DNA from: Vairimorpha necatrix
Taxonomy: Eukaryota
DNA length: 64,000 nt
NCBI GenBank assembly: GCA_036630325.1
Contig: CP142733.1
Coordinates: 682,001-746,000 of the forward strand
Reading direction: 5' to 3'
The notes under the pieces: generated by a model
The model's database searches: none
What the model was told of the DNA's origin: nothing
The model's input: only the letters and a program-made list of their open reading frames with translations
Shown here: positions 26,560 through 39,154 of the stretch, in pieces
How positions within the stretch are numbered: position 1 is the first letter of the stretch
Layout: every line of letters starts with the position of its first letter
Translations under genes and position numbers: made by a program

Positions 26560-27553
26560 TCTAGAGGTAAATATTTTTTCTTTCAATTGGTTTGTGCTTG
26601 CAGTACTTATATTTTTAATGAAAATACAAATATTATAAAACATACAAAAATTAGAGTTGCGATAAAACCTCAAACTCCAATAATACTTGTAATGTGTAAT
26701 TTCAGTGTCAATTGTATCGGAATCATTTTTTGTTGAAAGTTACTATCGCGGCATGTTTTCAGATTGTTCTTTTGTTAAAATTTTACCTTGTTAACTCTAT
26801 TTGTATTATTTTCTGTGTTTTGTCCTTGCTTCTTTAATTAAATCAGTTGTAACAAAGTCTTTAATACAATTTATACATTCTGCTTTTAATAAACTATCAC
26901 GGTTCTTAGTTATGAAATCATATATATAACTGACTATATCTTTCCATAACAAACATTAAGATTAGTTATTAGGCGTTTCCTTTGCTTATTAACAGTGTAT
27001 AGGAAGTTTGTTTTTTTGCATCATTTGGTATAAGACATATATGTTGTTTAATAGTTTATTTTATATTCTATTTTCAGATACGGAATTGTTTATAACATCT
27101 TTAAACATAACCGTAGTATGTCATAACTCTTCTATTCTGAATAAATTTTCTATTCTAAATAATAATTTCTTATCTAAATATATATATATCTTTTTCAGTA
27201 TTCAGTTTGTTGATTTTCAATAAAACAAAAAAAATTTTCTTTTATCGACATATTTCTTATTAAAACTATGTTCTGAATAGTTATTTTGCATTTTCGAAAT
27301 TTTCCATGATTCGTAATTGTGTTCCAAAAAAATGAAAAGTCTTATCTGACATTGGATTATATAAAGAGGCCGAGAAAGTGGTCGACAAACATCTAAACTG
27401 TTGACAATTTTTTCATGTAATCTTTAAGATCAAAACTGATTACTATATTTTTAGATAAAATTTGAGAGCGTCAAGATTGGATAAAAAAATTAAGGCAAAT
27501 CAAAACATTAATTTATCATTAAAAGAGTTAACGTAAAAAAGTTAAATTTTTCA
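26560..27553 (-). pseudogene. Possible decayed membrane-anchored protein gene
   Basis: Minus strand has a hydrophobic run (IIGV*GFIATLIFVCFIIFV) near 26620-26690 and coding-like sequence upstream with many stops. Confidence 0.3.
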
Positions 27554-27844
27554 TTTTGTTTACTTTTCATATATTATGTCTTTGTATTATCAAACGAGAT
27601 GTTATTTATATAAGAATTGATAATAGTCATTGTCTTTGGTTTTTTAAGATTCATAAAACTTTTGCTGTTCTTTATAACTTGAATTCATCTATAGAAACTC
27701 TATAAATCGATATGATTTGGTTTACACTAAAATATATTGTCTAACCTATACTCTTGAGGTCATGTAACTTAAACAAATACCTGTACATTAATATTTTAAG
27801 AATGAAGAAAGAAAGTTAATAATCTCAAATCATAAAAATAAAAG

Positions 27845-30597
27845 ATTTATTGAGTTAATTTTCAATTATGTTTAGATATTCATAGCACAGCTTTCCCCGG
27901 TATCGCTCATGGGATTCAGCTCTTCACAGACTTTGGTTTCTGTGGAATTATTAATGTTTTCCAACTTCACTTTAGCAGCTTCATTCCCCTTTGCCGACAC
28001 CACTTCTTTAACAGTCGCCATATTCGCTAGTGCGCTTACAGCTCTAGCCACTTCTTCTTCTCCTGCATCCTCCTGATCGTATCCTCGTCGTCGTTCCAAA
28101 GAGATGGACTCTAGAGTCTTCTTCATCACAATAGACTGGATATATGCTTCCAGGTAGGGTTGGATTTCTAGCTCCCTGATGTACTTTCTGTGATATTTGG
28201 TCACCACTCCATCCCATGTCATTACATAAGGAACTATTCTTGTCCGGGATTTATGTATTAGTCCCAGTTCATTTGCAAGAAGGTCATATTTTCTTAGTTT
28301 TTCATTCTCAACTATAGTAAGTCGATCCTGGTTGGTTATACCAACTTCAACTATTAAAATTTCTTTCTTCTTCTTGTCAAACACAAGAATATCAGGCTTA
28401 TTATGGGTTACCTTTATATTAGTGGATATTCTCGTATCTACTCTTATTTCTGCACGATCATTTTCCATGATCTCTTGTACTGAGTGTCCACGTATTTTCT
28501 TTGTCTTCTTAAACCCATATTTAATACATAGTAAGAGATGAATGCATCTAACTACCTCGTTGTGTCTTTTCATATAATCAAAACCCAACATTCGATCACA
28601 CTTGGTAGCTAAATGATCCACGGTCTTCCTATGAGATCCACAATGGGACATTGTCCCTCTTGTCCACAGAAGATATTTCTATCCTGTAGGAAGCAGTAAA
28701 TTGCTTCAGATCTAGCCTGATTGTTTCCTTTAACCAGCCAGGTAGAAGAGTCCCTAATGCTTACTAAATCATTGTCCCTAGCTTTAAACAACTTTCCATG
28801 GTTTGTCCTTATGTTAATTTTGTTGTAAAGCGCTTCTTTTTGGGATTCTATTAGCATCTTCTGGGTTATCTCTCCTACAAAGCTATACCTAATCCTTAGA
28901 TACTCGTTTATTGTAAACAAGTGGGATTTGCTCTCTGCCTCTACTTTAAGTATCGCTGCCCGTCTTAGTGAGCTATTTCTAGACTCATCTAATGTTTTAT
29001 AAATATTCAGAAGCATACTTTCGCTTCTATCTTCGATACTTATGAGGCCTCTGCCCATTTCGGATCTAGGAAGGTATAGTCTTTCCTTGCAGGCTGGCTG
29101 CAGATGGACCTGGTACTTGATAAGTACCTGTCGGATATCAAAATCGAGACTTTTGAAATCTATTGGTTCTAATTTTAATAATCCTACATGATAGTTTATT
29201 ACTGATATTGCATGCTCGTTTATAGCTCGAATCATATTCTTACCATTTAATTGAGTCTTGCACAGTTTTTCAACCCTCTGTAGGATCTCACTTCTTACTT
29301 TTTCAAAAGTCTCTCTTTTGATAGCACTAGAGGCATCTTCTGTTATTCCAAGGTATTTGTATCCTTGATGCCCTTCTAGTACTACTGCATCTTCACTACA
29401 ATCACTACAGTTAGTTGCAGACTTACTCCTATTCATTTCTAAACCTACAGCAGAGAAAAACTTTTTAGTTTCCTCTTTCATCAGTTTTAAAACGTCATCG
29501 TTCTCTGCTAGGAGCTTAAGATCATCAATAAATAGAAGATGGTTTGTTACATAAACACTCTCGTGAGTCTGTATTCCTACTTTTGGGTAAGTTGAATTCA
29601 GTTTCCTGCTCAACGGGTCCATACATAGTACAAACAAAAGCGGCGACAGGGAATCCCCTTGTAATATGCCTCTTTCAATCTTCTTATTCAGTATCGTTTC
29701 CGATCCTGATTTTATCTCAATGTGCCACCTTTTAACCGTGGCTTCTAAGAATTTACTTATCCATTGAGGGAGATTCAACTTGCTAATACATGTTAATAGA
29801 TAAGAATGGTCTACGGAGTCGTAGGCTTTCTTTACATCTATCCACATAGTCTTCAGCTTGTTTCCATGCTCCTTATTGACTGCTATATTAATCATAGCTT
29901 GCTCTTTTGCTCCTTGGACTTGTCTAACTGTCCCTAGTTGGTTCTCTGCTAGTAGCCCTCTACTTTCTACAATTAGCTGCATTACTTTCGTAGTGCATTT
30001 CGTTGTAAGCTTGTAGAGGTTCGACATACAGGTAATAGGCCTGAAATCATTACCAATAGTGGGGGTACGATGGGTATTAAATAAGTAATCCCCTTGTAGA
30101 ACCAAGCTTCGGGTTCTTTCCCATCCAAGCATACTTCCTTAACAATCTTGTAAAGGAATGGATGTAGAGCTTCACACTTCTTAATAAAGAAATTGAAGAT
30201 TCCATCACAGCCTGCAGCCTTCCAATTTGGTAAATATTTAATAATATCTACAAATTCTTGCAAGGTTGGGAAAGTGATCTGATCTTGGCTATCAGGAATG
30301 TATTCTAGAAGATACTCCTCGAAACTATTGCAGTCTTCGGATTGCTCTTTCTTATTCCACATGGTAGACCAGAATGAACTAATATCTTCTTTACTTACTT
30401 TATGAGTAACCTCATTGGCACACTTGAGTTTTCTATAGAAATTGCTTCTATATAGCTCAAAGTTTTGATTTTCACGCCTATACTCTCTGCGTCGGTCTGC
30501 GACCTCTAGCTTCCTTGAGTATATGGCTTTCCTCTCGTTGAGTATAGCAATGGCTTCAGAAGTATCTCGGTGTAAACATGCAAGCATGTATCTCAAA
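27845..30597 (-). mobile_element. 5'-truncated non-LTR retrotransposon, RT + restriction-like endonuclease (R4/Dong-like), two frameshifts
   Basis: NWKAAG.DG, FRPIT, DVKKAYDSV, GILQGDSLSPLLF, LFIDD, YKYLG; CCHC finger, RHN, KPDI..E endonuclease; ORFs 29982-30596, 28609-30132, 27872-28651. Confidence 0.93.
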
Positions 30598-31606
30598 TCA
30601 TAATAAATATTTAAAAATAAATATAAACATAGAAAAAATCTTCAAGATAATATTTTAATATTATCTTGGAGATTTTATCCGTTTCATAACAATATATAAT
30701 TAACACTTTAACTTCAATTTTTCCCTTTAATATAAGCTCATTAAGAAGCATATCAGCCAAAAATGCAAGTGTTTTTGTATTTAGAGTTTCAAGTAGGTTC
30801 TTTGTGTATTTCTTTTTTTGTAAAATCTATGTTTAATATATAACAGTTAAAAATATAAAAAAATCACAGCACAATGGAACCCTTAAATTAATATAAATTT
30901 ACAATTATATCAATTTTTTAATATTTATATGAGGTTGTAGTATCAATTTTTTTTTAGTAGTAATAAATTCTTTGCATTAAATTTGCGTGAAGATATTATA
31001 AATGACGTAATATCTATAATAGAGCGATATCAAAATAGATTATTTGAATGATCTTAAAATTTGTAAAGATATTTATAGTATAATATTATTAATTTCATTA
31101 GTAGTATATCAACACAGTATAAAGTTTTTGAAAAATTGAAATTTGTTTTTTTTAGATTATGAGGTAGAAAATTCTTTACATTAAATCAAATAAAAAGGAC
31201 TAATCCTTCCTGGTATAATTTTAGTTTTTTGTTAACATTAAGAATCAATCTACTATTTTCGAAAAAAAACCTCACAAGGAATTATTGTAATTTGTATGCA
31301 AACTATTAATTACGGTTAGCATCTTGTTTTCGAATATGTAATTTTTAGAGCCTTGTTTTTGCTAGAGGCAATTTATTGTTGACTTAATATAAAAACAATA
31401 TGCATCTAATGGGAATAACATTACGTTAAAACATTACAACCCCATTTCATTGACAGCTTAATGCTTGTCTATAAAAGTCGACCATACAATAGATAAACTT
31501 ATAGCATTTCAATCTGTTCTATTTTTATTCTTTTTTATTTAAACTGCTTAAAAGATATCATTCTCTGAGTAGTGTTTAGGGGCTTTTTTATGAATATTAC
31601 TCTACA

Positions 31607-31631
31607 CATATATATATATATATATATATAT
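31607..31631. repeat. (AT)n microsatellite
   Basis: Direct read. Confidence 0.85.
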
Positions 31632-32215
31632 AAATAGCAACCAATATACATTATTCTTCTGTAAGATTGCATTCCGACAAGGTTAAAATAACATAGCTTT
31701 AAGACAACAAATAAATATGGCACTTCAAAAGCGAAACATGCACAAGGTTCCATTTTATGCTATTTATCCTTGTATGAAAAATATTGACCAAAATAGTTTG
31801 TTTGTAGAAAACAAAGTTCTTGGAGTTTGAACACATTGAATTGAAATACACATAAACAGAAAAATTCACACATGAAAACAATTCTGTTAAACCTTAGGAA
31901 AATATCAATATATCAAAATAGATAAGTTAAAAAATAGTTTTAAGGGATTTTATTAATCATGCATTTTTTGTTAATTCTAATTTTAAATTAAACATAAAAT
32001 ATTTTTTTTATCTTATGAAGCTTAATATAAAATATATTTTTCATCTTATGGTATATGTGTCTAAATACACAAGAGTTTAATGATATTATAATCAAATTTG
32101 TCATTATTTATTATTTTAGTACAATATTAAATATATTATATAAATTAAATGTTAACAGAAATTTATTTTCGTTAGAATATTTATAATTTTAAATGCAAAG
32201 CACTGTTCTTTCAAA

Positions 32216-32218
<3 letters not shown>

Positions 32219-32248
<30 letters not shown>
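32219..32248. repeat. (AT)n microsatellite
   Basis: Direct read. Confidence 0.9.
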
Positions 32249-32251
<3 letters not shown>

Positions 32252-32943
32252 TATAAACTTAATAGTGTTTTATAAATAGAATCATTTTAGGATATTATAA
32301 AAGTCTTAAATAGCTTCTGATGCAAATATATTGAAAAAAGGTTTGTAATATCAAGCATTAAGCTTTCAATTTATTCAAACAAAATGTTTAATTTTGTTTG
32401 TCTGTAGAATTCTATTATTTATTCGAAGCAGAATGATGAACAAAAAACAATAAAAATTTATTCAGTTACATTGATAATTATGAAAGGTTGATATGTGATT
32501 GATTGTATACAAGTTCCTGAAATGTAATGTTAGAATCAATTTCATTGAAAATGAGTATTTTTTTTGTTTGTTGATTCACCAACACATTGTCCAAAATACA
32601 TTCTACACATTAAAAGAAAGATTAAAACTTATTCGACTGATATGGACTTTGATATCAAGCATATCAAATCATTTTGACGGCTTAAAATAAAAAAAAAATG
32701 TAAAAAATTTTTTTAAAAAGTACATAAATTCAATTGTTAACCACATTTCATCAGTTTATTTTTTTGTGTTTACACCTAAACACATCTGAAACACTTGAAT
32801 CATAATTATTAGAAAAATGAAAAATTAAATTTGATAAATCACTAATATGATCATTATTAAGAATTTTTTATAAATTTACTTCTGTTTTTGTACACAATTT
32901 GTTTCAGAAATAAATATAAATATAAAATTTTATGTAAATAAAC

Positions 32944-33438
32944 ATGTTATTTGCATTCCTCTATTTAAAAAAAACAGTCAGCATTCGGAAGCTTGCCTAT
33001 ATTCCTACAGACATAGGTATTGGGATAACTATTTTAGAAGTAACACAAGAGCACAAAGAAGAAGAAATAAGTGTGGTGAAATCGGGTGATCAAATGTATG
33101 TGCTTTTAGTTAATTTCCCATTAGATTGGAAGTCACCAAAGCCAAAGGACAAATTTACAAAGCAATTGTCTGAACACTTCATTAGATTCCAAAAAGTCGT
33201 CTTTGAGAATATTTTGAGGCTAAAAGATAAGATTTTTTCTGCAACAAGAAATATGTGGTCGAGTATTTCATCTTTATTTTCCAAATTTCGATCAAAAATC
33301 TCGTTATTGTTCACTAATACATTATCATGGTTTTATAAACATATAAAAATGCGTTCTAAAACATTTGAATGGGTCTATAAAGTGTCCAAACATGGGTTTG
33401 AGAAAGTGTTAAAAGTTCACAAAGAAATCAGAGAATAA
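32944..33438 (+). CDS. Family B protein, divergent paralogue
   Basis: VVKSGDQMYVLLVNFP vs IVRKEDLVFIAFFNDP, and RFQKVVFENILRLK vs RSNKFIYQNYIKLR; upstream 120 bp homologous to that of 19545. Confidence 0.75.
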   Translation: MLFAFLYLKKTVSIRKLAYIPTDIGIGITILEVTQEHKEEEISVVKSGDQMYVLLVNFPLDWKSPKPKDKFTKQLSEHFIRFQKVVFENILRLKDKIFSATRNMWSSISSLFSKFRSKISLLFTNTLSWFYKHIKMRSKTFEWVYKVSKHGFEKVLKVHKEIRE

Positions 33439-33729
33439 AGCAATAACTTTTTAAAATTTCTTTATTTGCTTTTTATAATCATATATTTAATACATTATAT
33501 TTTATCTACGTTTTTATTTGTATGTTTAGTTCAATGTTAAAAGGGTTCATTTCAATTTTTGTTTATTATATAAAATCATAAATTCCTCAATATTATTTCA
33601 AGGATAAGATTTCTTATGTGTGTATATAATACAAATTAGAATATTTAAAGTTTATCTTTATATCATAAAAAATAGAGCTCTTTTTTTTATAAGTCAAACA
33701 ATATAAATACTTTATTGGTGTGTAAAGAA

Positions 33730-34830
33730 AAATCTTACTTACTAATTACTTTTTACAAGCTATACTTCAATTTCTTCTGATAGTTCCTGGAATTCCTCAA
33801 ATCCATATTGGGTTTTTGAACACATCTTCCTGTTCAGTATCAAGCCCATGTCTGATTGACATAGTTAGACTTTCTAAAGTCATTTTAAGAACTTTTGTCT
33901 GTATATATGCTTCCGTTCTGAGTTTTAATCGTGAGTATTTGATATGCGAGCGGTAAAATTAGATACATTTCCAACCTAAGTCATCACTGAGGAGTAATTT
34001 TCGGCTTATATTTATAGAGAGAAGCCACATGATTTGCAAGCAAGTCGTATTATGCTTCTTTTCTGTCTCTACCGCATGAAGGTTGTTAAAGCTTGTGATT
34101 CTGGATTCAATAACGATCACTTCTTTTCTCAACTTTTTTTACAATTAGTATATCAGGCTTGTTAAACTTTGTTTTGATACTTGAATGTGTCCCAGTGTCA
34201 ACTCTTATCTTAACATACTCATTAGCTGCACATAATGGAATAATTGATTTTTAATTTTTTTGGATGGGTTAATACATCGTCTTACATAACTTCAGGTGTA
34301 TGCATCGCAGTGCCTCGTTGTGCGTCTCATGTAATCATGTGAAAGCATACGATCACATTGGATGCCCATATGATCTACTATCTTTGCATTTTCATGACAG
34401 TGTGGGCATTTTTTCTGTTTCTCTAAGAATATGTTTCGATCCTGTAATGCCCATAAAATTCCCTTCTCTCTTGGGCTTAAATTTCCTTTTGTAAGCCACA
34501 TAGCAGCATGCTTTATATCAATGAGTGGATCGTCTCGTGATTAAATAGTTTTGAATGATTAAATTTTTGTTTTTATATCGCTATTAAGAGTTTCGTTTTG
34601 AGCCTATATTAATGTTTTAATGTGACTTTTTCCTTAAGTTTATATTTCTCTTTTATATCTCCTTGTATGATTTATAGATATGTATGGCCAGTTTTTAAAA
34701 GTTGAACATCGCTTTGCGTTTAAGAACAGATTTTTTTGTACTTTCAAATTCTTTAGCAAATTGTAGTAGCATTCTTTCACTTTTATGTTCTATGCATTAA
34801 AGCCCTATTCCAAGTTCGGCTCTGGGGGAT
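33730..34830 (-). mobile_element. Decayed 3' part of a related RLE non-LTR element
   Basis: WLTKGN..LQDRNIF..CPHC..VDH...CDRML..DYMRR; NKPDIL; many stops. Confidence 0.8.
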
Positions 34831-34998
34831 ATAATCTTATAACTAAATTATAATTTTATTAATTTTTATAAAAAAGAAAAAACATATGTATATATTATTT
34901 AATGAAATTAATCGGACAGCAGTATATTTTCTGAGGTTTAAATTTGATTAATATAATACATATAATAATTACAAGAACAGAAATATAAAATTTTGAAT

Positions 34999-35070
34999 GT
35001 GCCCTTAGACCAGTGGTAGAAGGCGATGCTTCCATTGAGCAACGGCTGGGTTCGATTCCCAGGGGCACCA
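34999..35070 (+). ncRNA. Degenerate tRNA-like sequence (Pol III A/B boxes), head of putative SINE
   Basis: A box TAGACCAGTGG, B box GGTTCGATTCC, T stem CTGGG/CCCAG, acceptor GTGCCC/GGGCAC followed by CA; D stem and anticodon loop non-canonical. Confidence 0.75.
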
Positions 35071-35790
35071 AAATTATTCTACTTGCTTGGTTGCAGTTGA
35101 ACAACTCAGATGATAAAAATGTCCACGATAATCATTAAGTTGATTCAATAAAACTTGTGTGTGTCCAGCCACAAGGAGATTAGCATCTAGTGTAATAACG
35201 CACCTCAAGGCCAAAAAACAGTATTATCCTTGTGGCAACTTAATGATACATTTAAGTATCTAATGGGTACGGCCTAGGTGGAGCCCATGGCTGGTGCACT
35301 CTAGGTTGGGATCCTAGAGCTAACTAAGAGACTAGACGAAGTAGGGCAATAGAAGGTCTCGTGGACCCTATCCTACAAGATTCTGTAACACGGTGGCCGA
35401 AACTAATGGGAGACTGGTAGTCAACGGAGCCCATTAAAAAAAACGTTGGCTGGTGATGTGGTTGTGTAAGGAGCCGTGTGTGCAATGCAGATGATTGTAG
35501 GGACCTTTGAGTCAGTACGATGATATTTTTCCTCGGGGTATAGATAGCCATGCCCGTTAAATATATACGCTTTGAGTTCATTCTGGAAGCGATTTGAGGT
35601 ATAAATGGAAAGTGTTCTCCTGGAGCCAAGGTTCAATGGATACGGCGGAGCTTGCTGCACCGGCAAGTTGTATGTAGGGAGTTTTATTGAGTAAGAATCT
35701 CACAGTACCAGTTAGATTAGGATCCCACCCAAATCCCTCTGGTCCCCATGTAAGGTTTCTCCCTACCTCTTACTTGCAAGAAAAAAAAAA
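34999..35790 (+). mobile_element. Putative tRNA-derived SINE
   Basis: tRNA-like head, GC-richer non-coding body, 3' ~100 bp similar to the LINE end at 58722-58830, A10 tail; no clear TSD. Confidence 0.7.
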
Positions 35791-35940
35791 TCTAATTCTT
35801 AATATTTGTTCTAATCTTGAAGTTCTATTTCTCATTTTGGGGGTAAAAAATAAATAATATTTTTAACGTATATAATACGACATAATATGTTTTATTATGC
35901 ACATGATCCAAATATAATAAAGATAATTTTAACAAAAACA

Positions 35941-36428
35941 ACGTCCACAGTTCTTAAATTAGCTCTTTCACTCTTAGCATGGACCTTCGCTTATGCTTCT
36001 TCAGAAAAGGATATGAGTACAACTTTCCAGTATCAATTACAGGAAATATTATCAAGCAAATATCTATAGTTAGGAAGGAAGATCATTATTTATTGCTTTT
36101 TTCAATAATCAGAAAGATAAGACTGAAAATAAAGAAATGAATGAAACCATACAAAAGTGCCTATACCAACAAAGTAAGATTTAATAAATTCATCTATCAG
36201 AATTATGTTAAATTGAGGCATCTAATTTCTTGTGCAGTGATAAATATTTTCTCTCGTGTATCCTCTATTCTGTTCAAAGTTAGATCGATAAGTGCGACTA
36301 TATGTTCTAATATTCATTTTGTTTCTAAAAACTGATAAAAATTCCTAAAATCACATTCTTTCGTCTTTATAATTGAGGTAAAGCGAGATTTAATAACCTA
36401 CCATGGATTTCTAAAAAATAAACAATAA
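35941..36428 (+). pseudogene. Family B pseudogene (close copy of 19545..20033)
   Basis: ACG in place of ATG, frameshifts; LALSLLAWTFAYASSEKD identical; 3' flank similarity continues to about 36600. Confidence 0.85.
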
Positions 36429-37456
36429 AACTAAGTATTTTAATTTTCTGTTCTATGTTCTCATAATTTATGTTGATTGAGTTCTATTAAAATATACATT
36501 TTATTAAATTTGGAAATCTATTCAACTAAGTCTAATGAATTATTGCATTTGATTTTTGTTCTATATATTTTTTTTTGATGTTGAGCTTTGTATTGTATAA
36601 TTATATTAAAAGTCCGATATATATTTTGCCATGAAAAATAAATTCGCAATAATGTAGAGCAACATATGATAGGATGAATAATTAATTGGAATGTAACTTT
36701 ATATCAGCTTCATAATCATAGATAATAAATTTTAATGTGGTTTTATTAATTTTATATTTTATAACAACGTAAGTTTATTTAGAAGTAATATGCTAGAATA
36801 TTAAGTCTATAACTTTTTTTGATCTTATGTCGCCTCAAATTTGATAAACCTTTCTAATTATCAGACAATTGACATCAATTTTAATATTTTATCTTTAATT
36901 GTTCTATATTGTGCGTTTATTATGTCTATAAAACTCGCTAAAATTTCATGATAAGATAAACAATTATTATTTATCTCAAATATAATTTAACTTGTCTATC
37001 TACTTAAAATGGTTGATGTTTTTTATAAGAGGTTTAGTTACTTGTTGATCTCTAGTATAGAGAAAGTGATGTATCAGATGACAACAGAACAAATCTAATC
37101 TTTTGATTGAAAAGTACAGTGTTTTTATCGATAGCATACTAAATTAATCTTCATTAATAATAATATTGTAGAATACATTTTTTTTGTTCGTATGATAAGC
37201 CTTTTATCATGATAACGTGGTGCACAAATATTTATACAAAGAACAGTCATATATTTAATAGCAAATCGTAAATTTTCTGATGATAAAGAATAATCAATAT
37301 GATTTAAGCCCATTGAATAGGTTTACTAGATATTATTAAATATAACATTACGGATTTTTATTTAATTTTCAACATTTTAAAAGCAAAATTTTTATATATG
37401 TTAAATTAAATGTGTTTTAGTACATAAATTAAAGTCTATTTTTAATTTAATATTTT

Positions 37457-37834
37457 TTATTTAAATTCTTTTTTTATATTTTCTGTATCTTCTTCTAATT
37501 TCTTTAATACCACTTGTCTTATTTCTTTTTTTATATCTTTAATTTTATTAATTTTTTTGTGTACATTTTTTACTTGTTCGTTGATTTTATTACATTTTTC
37601 CAGTATGAAATTCATTTGGTTTTTTAATGTTTCTAGTAAGGAAGTTATGTCTATATCTTTGATTGATTTTATATCTTCTTTAAGAATATCATTATCATTT
37701 TTCAGTTTATTGTCAATGTATTGTTTTATATCCATATAAGATTTTTCAAATTGAGTTTGTACCATTTTGACTTGTTTTTGTGTTTTATTGTTTAGTTCCT
37801 TTTCTATTAATTTTAGCAGATCTTTTTTAGTCAT
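37457..37834 (-). CDS. Hypothetical coiled-coil protein
   Basis: 125-aa ORF, K/E/I/L heptad-like pattern. Confidence 0.6.
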   Translation of the reverse strand: MTKKDLLKLIEKELNNKTQKQVKMVQTQFEKSYMDIKQYIDNKLKNDNDILKEDIKSIKDIDITSLLETLKNQMNFILEKCNKINEQVKNVHKKINKIKDIKKEIRQVVLKKLEEDTENIKKEFK

Positions 37835-39154
37835 GAAATTTATGCAGAAATAAAAATTTCAAAAAATAAAACCTATTTATAGGAAATTTATAAATTACTA
37901 GAAACCAAAAATATTGACATATGTTCAGAAGGACTACATTGACAAAAGAATTTAACATTAGTGTGAGGGCTTTTAAGATAAATTTATTAACTTAAAATTT
38001 TTTGCTTTGGAAGTGATAAGTTTCGTATTGAAAAATAACAGGATATAAGAAAGATTATTACAAGTAAAATATAAATAAATGCGACTATCAGGAAATTCTT
38101 AGTATTAGACTTAAAGTCTTGCTCATATGCAATGTCTCTTTTACTAAATCAATATATGTATTTATTCTTTAAGCTGCAGGAATTTATTCTAAATGTCATA
38201 TATCTTAGAAAGCTTAGATCTTCGCACAAAAGAAGTTATATAAATGGTCTAGCAGAAGATCTGTTTGTCTTCATTCTATCGTTAGAAAGCATTTAACATT
38301 ATATTGTAATTTGAGAAGAAAATATTCTAATGTTCTTATTTCTTTTACAGCTGGTAGAATACTTGCTTAACAAGGGATAAAAATATTTTAAAAAATTAGC
38401 CCAAAGAAGAAGCTGCTCAATTTGGGTGCTTTTTCGGTTGAATAGGCAAAAAACTATTTTTAAAATGCAAGATACTCAATAAGTCCTTAATAGGCTTATT
38501 ATTACAAAGATAATATTACAGGGATTTCTATATGCTCAATAAACCAATAAAGTGAAACTATACAAGAAAATGATTAGTGTTATTGTAAAAGTCAAAGCAC
38601 AAGATCTAAGTCTAATAAAATGTAAAAAGAAATTATTTATGTATTATGTCCTGGTGTGTAAAAGAAAACAATGCACATAATAAAGCTAAGCACATATGCC
38701 AGATCTTTTTTTTTCAGAGATTCTGGTTGTAATTTTAAAGTCAAGATATGTAGACATTTTTTTGGACTTTGAATTTATTATGATTTCTACTGCCACATCT
38801 TTGTAATTAACTAATTGATCATTTACATCAATGATTATTGAACTATATTTTTAGGGTGAAGAAATTTAGTCTTTGAAAAAGATGAATTTTTAAAAAATCA
38901 TTCAATTTTATAAATAAATTAATATAGTATTGTATGCTTAATTTAAAATAAAAAGGAAAATCAAACTCAAAATCAAACCAATTCTGAATTTAAATTTATA
39001 AAAAGTAATTTCAAACGTTAAATGCTTTATAAATTATTATTTTAAAGATTTCTGGTAATAATTCCTTGTCTAAATTTTAACTTGTCATTTACTACCAGTA
39101 AAATTTACTATTGGTCTATTTTTTTATTAAAAAATCGTCTCGTCGCCCCTTTTA

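Noticed and set aside
27845-27900. RLE LINE as partner of the SINE
   Set aside because: Its 3' end shows no similarity to the SINE tail; the match is to 58722-58830
34999-35070. Functional tRNA gene (Gly- or Met-like)
   Set aside because: D stem does not pair, anticodon loop lacks canonical U33 geometry, acceptor/T stems are one nt short, and no T-run terminator follows
35324-35666. Minus-strand ORFs in the SINE body
   Set aside because: Short, no motifs, expected by chance in GC-richer DNA
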